Source: an uncultured Gemmatimonadaceae bacterium (GTDB lineage: Bacteria; Gemmatimonadota; Gemmatimonadetes; Longimicrobiales; Gaopeijiaceae). From it: 64,000 nucleotides of DNA. Location of the stretch: positions 3,825 through 67,824 of the forward strand of contig CAZFIS010000001.1 of NCBI GenBank assembly GCA_964519125.1, read 5' to 3'. The notes beneath the pieces are model-generated. The model made no database searches and was not told the origin of the DNA. It worked only from the letters and a program-made list of their open reading frames with translations. Position numbers and translations under genes: made by a program. Below, one piece after another: positions 54,765 through 62,672 of this stretch (within the stretch, counting starts at the first letter, position 1; every line of letters begins with the position of its first letter).

Positions 54765-56805
54765 GCAGAGTCTCCGGGGCCTGACCCTCATGGTCCTCAC
54801 CCCGTGCTTGCTGTTCAGCGCGGCGGTCTCGGGGTGGGTGACGTACAAGGATCTCTACGACGTCATCCTGAACGACGGGTTCGAACAGAAGCTCGAGGCG
54901 GTGAGCACGGGTGTGGCTGCCTTCATCGACGGAGACACCCATCTCGCGTTGAGTCGGCCGACGCGCCTGACCGGGATCGCGGCGGATCCGTCGAAGCCGC
55001 TCCTGTGGGGACTGGACTCGGCGAACGATCGGCTCGTGACCATCGACGTGACGAACGGGGGTGCGACGCCGCTCGACACCGTCCCGGTGAGCGGCCTGAG
55101 CGGCCTCACCTACGACGCAGGGAACGCGCGCCTCCTGTCCGTGCGCCCTGCCACCGGGGAGTTGTTCGCGTTCGCGCCGTCCTCCGTCCGGCCCGTGCTC
55201 GTGGGTCACGTCCAGCCGGGTGCACGCGCTCTCGCCATCGACGCGTCGGGGAAGCACCTGGTGGTCGCGGGTCCGTGGGGGTTGAGAGGCTACACGCTGG
55301 CGGGGCCGAAGGGTGCGCCCACGCAGACCTGGACGAGCGAGACGAGCGTCGAAGCCGTCGCGGTGTCGCCTCGGACCGGAGCCTTGTACGGACTCCGGGG
55401 AGACGGGAGCGTCCTGGTCGCGGACAGCCTGGGCGCGCCGCTTCGGGAGGTGGGCGTCCTGAAGAGTACCGACGACGAGGGTGACCCCGGGCAGTTGCAC
55501 GAGGTGCGGGCGCTGGCGGCGAGCCCCGTCGCCCCCACCGTATTCGCGGCCGGAAGGCGCCTCATGGAGATCTCGCTCGACGACCTCACCGTCGAGGCCG
55601 AGCGGTTCCGGCGGGGGTACCGCAACGAGAATCTCCCGACCTACCAGGAGTACGTGGTGCCGATGCGGCGCATCAGGGACGCGCTGGACATCACGTACCT
55701 GTATACGCAGAACCTGGTGCCCGGGGACTCGATCGAGTACGTGATCGACAGCACACCGTTCGGCCCGGACTATTCGCCCATCGGCAGCCGGGAGGCGCTG
55801 GACACCGAGGCGGACGTGCGTGGCATGGACGCCTTGATGGAGCGGGGCTCCGTGTACTCGTCACGGATCGAGTACTCACCGGAGTGGGGCCTGCTGAAGT
55901 CGGCGTTCGCGCCGATCCTCGGGCACGACGGAAGGTCTGTGGGCATGGTCGGCACGGACATCTCCGTCTCCACGATCCGCGACCGGACGCAACTCGCCCT
56001 GGCCAAGGTCGGCCTGGTCACCGTCGTGATCCTCTTCCTCGGCGGGCTCGGCTCGCTGGCCATCTCCCTGCGCCTCGCCGGACCGCTGGCGGCCCTCCAG
56101 GAAGGGGCCACCCGCGTAGCCGCCGGCCGGGCGGGCGAGCCGATCGAGCTGCCCCGCCTGCGTGACCTCGCCGCCCTGACGAGCTCCTTCAACGAGATGA
56201 CGGACACCCTGACGTCCCTGGTCGACGAGTTGCACGAGGAAACCAGTCGGGTCGAGTCCATGCGGACCCGGAGACACCTGGCTCGCGAGTTGGCGCGGCG
56301 CGCGGCTTCGGCCGATCCGCTTCCCGACGGAGTAAGCGTGGAGTGGCGCGGGCCGAGCCCCCACGCGCCGGCTCCTTCGGGATTCGCCGTCGTGGGCGAG
56401 CCCCAACGCCCCTTCACCGCCGTGTGGCTCCGGCCGGAAGGCCCGGATGCTCTGGCCGGGTTGGCCGACCGGGAGGAGACCGCCTTGCTCGCCCGGCGGG
56501 CCGCGGAAGCCGAGCCGGCGTCGCCGGAGGCGCTGCTCTCGGCGCTGGAGCGGCTCCACGACGGGGAGGGCTTCCGCTTCGTGGTCGTCGACGCCGTGGA
56601 AGGTCGGGTGATCGTTTCCGCGGGCTCGCCCGTGCGGGCCGTCCTGGCGTCGGAGGGAGGGCGGGAGCGGCCCGTGGACCTGGCTCCCGGCCAGGCGTTC
56701 CGGGTGCCCTCCCGGTCCGCGCTCTCGCTCGTCCTGGGTTCGCCCGGTGCAGGGGACGCGCACGGGCCGGCCTGGGTCCTTCGCATGCGGGGGGCGACGG
56801 CATGA
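54730..56805 (+). CDS. Transmembrane sensor: periplasmic beta-propeller-like + Cache-like domains, TM, HAMP, C-terminal degenerate SpoIIE/PP2C-like domain
   Basis: 691-aa ORF that overlaps the upstream gene by 35 nt (an alternative ATG lies at 54790). It has an N-terminal TM helix. Blade-like repeats follow (LLWGLDSANDRLVTIDV, LTYDAGNARLLSV, LAIDASGKHLVVAG, VAVSPRTGALYGL). A Cache-like segment reads YLYTQNLVPGDSIEYVIDS...EWGLLKSAFAPILGHDGRSVGMVGTDISV. A second TM helix is followed by HAMP (AGPLAALQEGATRVAAGR...LTSSFNEMTDTL). The C-terminal ~190 aa align by eye to SpoIIE but lack the GGDFYD and GDVxGHG aspartates. Confidence 0.7.
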   Translation: MQRECTVSERSRQSLRGLTLMVLTPCLLFSAAVSGWVTYKDLYDVILNDGFEQKLEAVSTGVAAFIDGDTHLALSRPTRLTGIAADPSKPLLWGLDSANDRLVTIDVTNGGATPLDTVPVSGLSGLTYDAGNARLLSVRPATGELFAFAPSSVRPVLVGHVQPGARALAIDASGKHLVVAGPWGLRGYTLAGPKGAPTQTWTSETSVEAVAVSPRTGALYGLRGDGSVLVADSLGAPLREVGVLKSTDDEGDPGQLHEVRALAASPVAPTVFAAGRRLMEISLDDLTVEAERFRRGYRNENLPTYQEYVVPMRRIRDALDITYLYTQNLVPGDSIEYVIDSTPFGPDYSPIGSREALDTEADVRGMDALMERGSVYSSRIEYSPEWGLLKSAFAPILGHDGRSVGMVGTDISVSTIRDRTQLALAKVGLVTVVILFLGGLGSLAISLRLAGPLAALQEGATRVAAGRAGEPIELPRLRDLAALTSSFNEMTDTLTSLVDELHEETSRVESMRTRRHLARELARRAASADPLPDGVSVEWRGPSPHAPAPSGFAVVGEPQRPFTAVWLRPEGPDALAGLADREETALLARRAAEAEPASPEALLSALERLHDGEGFRFVVVDAVEGRVIVSAGSPVRAVLASEGGRERPVDLAPGQAFRVPSRSALSLVLGSPGAGDAHGPAWVLRMRGATA

Positions 56806-57206
56806 GCACGACGGTGACCCTGGCCGATCGCATCTTCCTCCTGCGTGGCCTGCCGGCGTTCTCGCGGCTCTACGACAGCGAGGTCGGCTCGATCGCCGCC
56901 GTATGCCGCGTGCGGACGTACGAGCCAGGAGAAACGATCTCCCGCCCCGGCCAGCCCCTCAGGCACCTCTACCTCGTCGCGAGCGGGCGGGTGCTCGACG
57001 AACGGGCTGGACCGCTTCCGGCGGTCTTCGGCGCCACCTCACTCCTCACCGGGCAGCCTCTGGACACGGCCCTGACCGCCGATCCGGAGGAGGGTGCCAC
57101 GTGCTTCCTGCTCGGCCGGGCGCACTTCTTCACGTTGGTCCACGAATATCCTCCACTCCTCGTGAACCTGCTGAACGAGTGGCGGGGCGGGTGGGCCGGG
57201 TCATGA
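56802..57206 (+). CDS. Small stand-alone cyclic-nucleotide-binding-like protein
   Basis: The ATG at 56802 overlaps the upstream stop (ATGA). It is in frame with track ORF 56343-57206. The CNB-like pattern is IFLLRGLPAFSRLYDSEVGSIAAVCRVRTYEPGETISRPGQPLRHLYLVASGRV...VFGATSLLTGQPLDTALTA. Confidence 0.7.
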   Translation: MSTTVTLADRIFLLRGLPAFSRLYDSEVGSIAAVCRVRTYEPGETISRPGQPLRHLYLVASGRVLDERAGPLPAVFGATSLLTGQPLDTALTADPEEGATCFLLGRAHFFTLVHEYPPLLVNLLNEWRGGWAGS

Positions 57207-58570
57207 CGATTCGACTCCAGAACCTGGTCATCATCCCTCCGATCTTTCTGATTCTGGCGCTCGCGGTCGGGTTCCTCGCCGATCGGGCGGCCAGGGAAGA
57301 GATCCTCTGGGGGCTCCACCAGGAGTCCGTGGCCCTCGCGGTCACGGTGGCGGACATGACGGGCGGGGCCACGATCGACCGCCTGTCGACGGGGGATGCG
57401 CTCGCGGAGCGGCGGGCGATGGCGCATCTCCGTGAGCTCGCTGGCCATGGCCAGGTGGAGGCCATCGTCCTCTATTCGCGCGCCGCGGGCCACGCCGTCC
57501 TCTCCTGGGACCGTGACAGCACCGCCCTTACGGTGAAGCAGGCGCTGTGGACCTCGAAGCTCACGAACCTGAAGAGCCAGGAGGTCGTGGGCGGTGTCGG
57601 GCCCTGGGGGCCGTATCCCGAAGCGCTCGTCGCGGCGGCCCCGATCTACGCCTCGGGCAACCCCTCGAACCCGCGAGGGGTTGCGGCCGTGATCATCGAC
57701 GCGAGCCGCATGACATCGGCTACCCAGGCGCTTCGGCGCGACTTCGCCCTGCTGGTGCTACTCGTGACCGGGCTCGGGATCGCGGCGGCGCTGTTCCTGT
57801 CCGTGCGGATCGGGCGGCAGGTAAGAGAGCTGGGACGTGTCGGCGCCACGGTCGCGGCCGGCGAGTACCGGGCTCCGGTCCAGGTTTCGGGGGTGAAGGA
57901 GGTCCAGGACCTGTCCAACACCCTGGGGACGATGGCGAGTATCCTGTCCGACGTGCTGTCCAGGGGCCGTCGCGCCCTGCTGGTCGGAGACGCCTTCCAA
58001 CTCAGCCACAACATGGCGGCTGCCTACAAGGAGGTACGCCTGGACGGTGCTCCCCCGCCCGAGGGATTGGAGGTCGGTTACAGCTCCCTGGGAGAGATCT
58101 CGCCGGGATGCTTCCACGGATGGACGGAAACTCCGCGCCATACGGTGCTCTGGGTCGGTGAGGTATCCGCGGGCGACTCCCTGGATCTCGCCATCGAGGC
58201 CGCCGCCGCGAACCGCGTGCTCGAGCGGGGACTACGGCATGGATCGCCCGAAGAGGTGGCCGGATCCATCTCGAACCTGTTCCACCTTTCCGCCCTCCAG
58301 ATCGCCTGGTTCACGCGTCCGATCGTCGGTGACCCCGAGGTCCGGGTCGCCGCCGGCACGGGAGCCCCCCTGACGAAGGGTGACTACTGCGTGATCCACT
58401 CGTTCCAGTCGGAGCACATGGATTCCCTCTCGGGCTCCCTTTCGCTCTTCAAGGATCTCCCCGCGGAGCAGGCGGCGAAGGAGGTCCCTCTGGCACTCCC
58501 CCGGACGTTCTCGGGTGCCTTGCTTCTCATTCGGCCGTTGCGCCCATCCTCTGAAGGAGACACATCGTGA
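57203..58570 (+). CDS. Transmembrane sensor: periplasmic domain, TM, HAMP, degenerate SpoIIE/PP2C-like domain (shorter paralogue-like partner of 54730-56805)
   Basis: The ATG at 57203 overlaps the upstream stop (ATGA). It is in frame with track ORF 56747-58570. There are two TM helices (LVIIPPIFLILALAVGFL and FALLVLLVTGLGIAAALFLSV). HAMP reads RIGRQVRELGRVGATVAAGEY...VQDLSNTLGTMASIL. The C-terminal part (GLEVGYSSLGEISPGCFHGW...VLWVGEVSAGDSLDLAIEAAAA...AAGTGAP...GDYCVIHSF) has SpoIIE-like spacing with the metal-binding Asp positions substituted. Confidence 0.7.
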   Translation: MTIRLQNLVIIPPIFLILALAVGFLADRAAREEILWGLHQESVALAVTVADMTGGATIDRLSTGDALAERRAMAHLRELAGHGQVEAIVLYSRAAGHAVLSWDRDSTALTVKQALWTSKLTNLKSQEVVGGVGPWGPYPEALVAAAPIYASGNPSNPRGVAAVIIDASRMTSATQALRRDFALLVLLVTGLGIAAALFLSVRIGRQVRELGRVGATVAAGEYRAPVQVSGVKEVQDLSNTLGTMASILSDVLSRGRRALLVGDAFQLSHNMAAAYKEVRLDGAPPPEGLEVGYSSLGEISPGCFHGWTETPRHTVLWVGEVSAGDSLDLAIEAAAANRVLERGLRHGSPEEVAGSISNLFHLSALQIAWFTRPIVGDPEVRVAAGTGAPLTKGDYCVIHSFQSEHMDSLSGSLSLFKDLPAEQAAKEVPLALPRTFSGALLLIRPLRPSSEGDTS

Positions 58571-59289
58571 CCCATCGGATTCGCCGTTCCGCGCGGCACA
58601 CCGTCCTCCTGATCGCCGCGATGAGCGCCTTCCTTCCGGGCACGGGGAGGGCACAGGAGGACTCGTCATCGGCGTGGTCGGTCGGCGCCGACGGTGAGCT
58701 CGTCTCGCAGTTCGTCTGGCGTGGGCTGGTGCTCAACAACCACCCGAGCCTCCAGCCGGAGGTCTACCTGGAGCACGGGAGCTTCGATCTCGGAGTCTGG
58801 GCCTCGTTCCCGTTCGATGGGAGCTACAGGGAGATCGATACGTACCTCTCGTGGTCACACAGCTTCTCTGCGGGCGAGCTCGACCTGAATGCCCAGGACT
58901 ACTACTACCCGCAGTATGCGGGGTTCTTCGACTTCAGCCAGGCCGCGGGGGGCCACACCGGCGAGCTGAGCGGGGCGTTCACGCCCTCCGTCGTGCCCCT
59001 GACGTTCACGCTCGCCTGGAATGCCTATGACGACCCGGACCACTCCCTGTTCGCGAAGGTGGGCGGCGAGCACTCCTTCGACGGCATCGTCGACCTGGAC
59101 GCCAACATCGGATTTCTCCTGAAGAACAGTCCCTACTACTACGGGGCGAGCGCCGGAGACGTGATGAACTACACGATCCGGGCGACGCGGAACTTCTCGC
59201 TGGCCCGGGTGCAACCGCACGTGTCGGTCGCCTTGACCCGCAGCCCTGTGCTTGGAAAGACCCTGTGGGTGTTCGCGGTCGGCCTGTGA
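58567..59289 (+). CDS. TorF-family-like outer-membrane beta-barrel (putative porin)
   Basis: Its GTG start overlaps the upstream stop (GTGA). It has a signal peptide (VLLIAAMSAFLPGTGRAQ). The motif SQFVWRGLVLNNHPSLQPEVYLEHGSFDLGVWASF resembles the TorF/Gcw_chp porin N-terminus (S.YvWRG......P..Q......G...G.W.S). Alternating beta-strand patterns run to a C-terminal aromatic residue (WVFAVGL). Confidence 0.65.
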   Translation: MTHRIRRSARHTVLLIAAMSAFLPGTGRAQEDSSSAWSVGADGELVSQFVWRGLVLNNHPSLQPEVYLEHGSFDLGVWASFPFDGSYREIDTYLSWSHSFSAGELDLNAQDYYYPQYAGFFDFSQAAGGHTGELSGAFTPSVVPLTFTLAWNAYDDPDHSLFAKVGGEHSFDGIVDLDANIGFLLKNSPYYYGASAGDVMNYTIRATRNFSLARVQPHVSVALTRSPVLGKTLWVFAVGL

Positions 59290-59304
59290 CGTAGTCGCGT
59301 GCCT

Positions 59305-59330
59305 GCGGGTCCGGCGTGCGCCGGACCCGC
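59305..59330 (+). terminator. Strong GC hairpin terminating the T6SS-plus-extension operon
   Basis: GCGGGTCCGG-CGTGCG-CCGGACCCGC forms a 10-12-bp perfect stem, 16 nt after the porin stop. No U-tract follows. The next gene has its own AGGAG SD ~100 nt downstream. Confidence 0.5.
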
Positions 59331-59435
59331 GAAGGAGATACCCTTCCGCTCGACCCGACGGAACGTTCGCCCGGCTCCCTCCCTCCGGGTGGCCGTTTCG
59401 CGTGCAGCCGGATTCCTTCCTCAGGAGCTCGATCG

Positions 59436-61871
59436 ATGGCTTCCGTTCGTCGGCAGACATGGCCCGGTCTCGCCGCCTTCGGCGTGGCCCTGTTCGCTCT
59501 CGGACCCGCCCCGGTGACCGCACAGAGCACCGCCACCTGGGTTCCCGAGCCCGTGCGTGGCCAGACCTTCCAGCTCTCCATCCAGAACATCATGCGGGGC
59601 CCCGAACTGGTGGGAGAGGCGCCGATTGGCCTCCGCTGGACGGACGACTCGCAGTGGCTCTACTTCCGCTGGCGGCCGGGCGGGCTCGCCTGGAACGTCG
59701 GCCGCTCCCTCTACCGCCTGAGCGCCAAGGGTGGTGAGCCCGAGAAGCTCACCGGCGACGAGGCCCGCAAGGCGGCGCCGCTCATCGCCCCGGGCGACAT
59801 CTCGCCCGACCGGAGGTGGCGCATCTCGAGCGTGGAGGGGGACCTCTGGCTCGTCGACCGCCGCACCATGAAGACGCGGCGCCTGACACACACGGCGGAC
59901 GCGGAAACGTCGCCGAGGTTCTCGGCGGACGGCAAGAGCGTGATCTACCGCCAGGGTGACAACCTCTTCCGCACCTCGCTCGTCGACGGATCGTGGGAGC
60001 AGCTCACGCGCATCGAGCAGGGGCCGGAGGCGAAGACCCCCCCCGAGCCGACCGGAGAGGCCAAGTTCCTCAGGGACCAGCAACTCGAGCTGTTCGCGCA
60101 CGTCCGCCGGATCGAAGCCGAACAGGACTCACAGAAAGCGGAACGCGAAGCCCGGAGGGCCGAGGAACCCCAGACGCTCTACCTCGACAAGGGAGAGCGC
60201 GTGCGCTCCCTCGACGCGACGCCCGACGGTGCCCATGTGCTCATCGCCACCTATACACCGGCCGCGAACGTGAAGCGTCCCATCGTTCCGGAATGGGTCA
60301 CGGAGGACGGATTCACGCACGAGATCCCGGGCCGGCCTCTCGTCGGCGAGGAACAGGGGACGGGGCGTATCGGGCTCATCACCACGGCGACGGGCCGGAT
60401 GACCTGGCTGCCGATCGCCCCGGGCGACTACAAGGGGAGCGGCGAGCCGCGCCCGGTGAACGCAGGGTGGAACGACGCCGGCACGATGGGCTTCGTCCTG
60501 TCGCGCTCCTTCGACAACAAGGACTGGTGGCTCTGGTCGGTGGATCCGTCGAGCGGCGACGTCACGCTCGTGGACCACCTCCACGACGACGCCTGGGTCG
60601 GCGGGCCGTGCTTCGGCTGCGTCGGGTTCGTGCCGGGCACGAAGCGCATCTGGTACGTGAGCGAGGCCACCGGCTGGGCGCAGCTGTACTCCGTGAACCC
60701 GGACGGGACGGACCGCAAGGCGCTCACCACCGGGCAGTGGGAGGTGTCGGGCGTGGACATTCCCGAGGACCGCTCGGGCTTCCTGATCACCGCGGACAAG
60801 AGCTCGCCGTTCAACCAGAACGTCTACCGGCTGGATTTCGACGGAAAGGATTTCCGCGCCGTCACCCGGGGTGACGGGCGGTATACGGTGACGCCGTCTC
60901 CCGACGGACGCCGGCTCGCGCTCGTGCACGACGTCGCGAACCGACCTCAGGAGCTCTTCCTCGCGGACGCGAAGAGCCCCATGACGATGACCCAGGTGAC
61001 GCACTCGCCGACGAAGGAGTGGCTCACCTTCCCGTGGATCAAGCCCGAGATCATCCACTTCCAGGCACGGGACGGGGTGATGGTCCCGGCGCGCATCTAC
61101 CGCCCCTCCGACATGGGGGCCAAGCCGAATGGCGCGGCCGTGATCTTCGTGCACGGGGCCGGTTACCTGCACAACGTCCACAATTACTGGTCCGACTACT
61201 ACCGCGAGTACATGTTCAACCACTTCCTCGCGGCGAGCGGCTACACGGTGCTCGACATCGACTATCGTGGATCCGCGGGCTACGGGCGTGATTGGCGCAC
61301 CGCCATCTACGAGTGGATGGGTGGCAAGGACATGAGCGATCAGGTGGACGGAGCGCACTGGCTCGTGTCGCACGAGGGCGTCGACCCCCGTCGTATCGGC
61401 ATGTACGGGGGCTCGTACGGCGGGTTCATGACCGAGATGTCGATGTTCACCGCGGGCGAGACGTTCAGGGCCGGCGCGGCGCTCCGCTCGGTGACGGACT
61501 GGGCGCACTACAACCACGGTTACACGAGCGACATCCTGAACCTGCCGCAAAACGATTCCGCTGCGTACAAGAGGTCGTCACCGATCTACTTCGCGCAGAA
61601 CCTGCGTCCCGACCAATACCTGCTCATCCTGCACGGCATGGTGGACACCAACGTCCACTTCTCGGACGACGTGCGCCTCGTGCAGCGCCTCATCGAGCTC
61701 GGCAAGGAGAACTGGGAGTTCCAGCCGTATCCCGTCGAGAGTCACGGCTTCGTGGAGCCCACATCGTGGACGGACGAGTACCGCCGGATCTTCGAGCTCT
61801 TTGAGCGGACGATCAGCAAGCCCGGGTGCACCGAGAACGGCGGGCTGTGCGCGGTGCCGCGCGGCCGATAG
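59436..61871 (+). CDS. S9-family serine peptidase (prolyl oligopeptidase / DPP-like) with N-terminal beta-propeller
   Basis: Track ORF 59316-61871 is trimmed to the ATG at 59436 (MASVRRQTWPGLAAFGVALFALGPAPVTAQ), with AGGAG upstream. Propeller motifs are ISPDRRW, FSADGKS, ATPDGAH and PSPDGRR. The catalytic triad context is GMYGGSYGGFMT (Ser), LILHGMVDTNV (Asp) and YPVESHGF (His). Confidence 0.9.
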   Translation: MASVRRQTWPGLAAFGVALFALGPAPVTAQSTATWVPEPVRGQTFQLSIQNIMRGPELVGEAPIGLRWTDDSQWLYFRWRPGGLAWNVGRSLYRLSAKGGEPEKLTGDEARKAAPLIAPGDISPDRRWRISSVEGDLWLVDRRTMKTRRLTHTADAETSPRFSADGKSVIYRQGDNLFRTSLVDGSWEQLTRIEQGPEAKTPPEPTGEAKFLRDQQLELFAHVRRIEAEQDSQKAEREARRAEEPQTLYLDKGERVRSLDATPDGAHVLIATYTPAANVKRPIVPEWVTEDGFTHEIPGRPLVGEEQGTGRIGLITTATGRMTWLPIAPGDYKGSGEPRPVNAGWNDAGTMGFVLSRSFDNKDWWLWSVDPSSGDVTLVDHLHDDAWVGGPCFGCVGFVPGTKRIWYVSEATGWAQLYSVNPDGTDRKALTTGQWEVSGVDIPEDRSGFLITADKSSPFNQNVYRLDFDGKDFRAVTRGDGRYTVTPSPDGRRLALVHDVANRPQELFLADAKSPMTMTQVTHSPTKEWLTFPWIKPEIIHFQARDGVMVPARIYRPSDMGAKPNGAAVIFVHGAGYLHNVHNYWSDYYREYMFNHFLAASGYTVLDIDYRGSAGYGRDWRTAIYEWMGGKDMSDQVDGAHWLVSHEGVDPRRIGMYGGSYGGFMTEMSMFTAGETFRAGAALRSVTDWAHYNHGYTSDILNLPQNDSAAYKRSSPIYFAQNLRPDQYLLILHGMVDTNVHFSDDVRLVQRLIELGKENWEFQPYPVESHGFVEPTSWTDEYRRIFELFERTISKPGCTENGGLCAVPRGR

Positions 61872-61903
61872 GGCACGTGCCGTGGGGCTTTCGCGACAAG
61901 CTT

Positions 61904-61953
61904 GCGGGGCGGGGGAGCGCGCACGAGTGTTCGGATGCGCTGCCCCCGCCCGC
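61904..61953 (+). terminator. Long GC hairpin after the S9 peptidase gene
   Basis: GCGGGGCGGGGGAGCGC ... GCGCTGCCCCCGCCCGC forms a ~16-bp stem with one bulged G and a 16-nt loop. It begins 33 nt after the stop codon. Confidence 0.45.
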
Positions 61954-61990
61954 GCATCGCGGCGGACACCCAAGGACCAGAGGTGGCACG

Positions 61991-62611
61991 ATGACGATCG
62001 ACTACGAATCGATGCTCGGCGAGGGAATCTCGAGGGGCGTGCGGCGCGCGGCTCTGCTGCTTGCGGCGGCGACGCTCGCGACGGGGTGCGCTTCGTCCGG
62101 GCGAGGCGAGCTCGACACGGGTTCGAGAGGTGGCTACACGCGCATTGAGGGTGACTCCAGGGTCTACGGGTTCGATCTGGGCACCGACAGGACGGCGGTC
62201 CGCCTCGCGCTCGCGGTCGATCCGGGCGCGGCGTGGGCGGCGCTGCCCGATGCCTATGCTGCCATCGGGTTGAAGGGTGCCGGTGTGGTCGACGCCCGGG
62301 GACGTGTGTTCGGGATCCCGGACCGCCAGGTCATGCCCCAGAGCCTCGCGGGCCAACCGCTCGGCCGCTTCCTCACGTGCGGGTCGACCACGACGGGGTC
62401 CGCCGCGGATACCTACGAGGTCCGCATGCTCGCCCTCACGCAGATCGATTCCACGGCGCAGGGGACCGTCGTCCTCACCCGCCTCGACGCCGTGGCGCGC
62501 TCGCGCGGTGTATCGGGAGTGCCTGTAAACTGCTCAACCACGGGGCGGCTCGAGCGGCTGCTCGCGGATTCGCTCCAGGCCCGGGTCGGCCGGGTGAGTG
62601 AGCCTCGATGA
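61991..62611 (+). CDS. Hypothetical lipoprotein
   Basis: Track ORF 61826-62611 is trimmed to the ATG at 61991. It has a lipobox (LLLAAATLATGCASS). I recognised no family. Confidence 0.6.
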   Translation: MTIDYESMLGEGISRGVRRAALLLAAATLATGCASSGRGELDTGSRGGYTRIEGDSRVYGFDLGTDRTAVRLALAVDPGAAWAALPDAYAAIGLKGAGVVDARGRVFGIPDRQVMPQSLAGQPLGRFLTCGSTTTGSAADTYEVRMLALTQIDSTAQGTVVLTRLDAVARSRGVSGVPVNCSTTGRLERLLADSLQARVGRVSEPR

Positions 62612-62672
62612 CGGATCTTTGTGGATGACCGGACACTCCCGACCGACAACCTTCTTTCCGGAGTTACGAACG

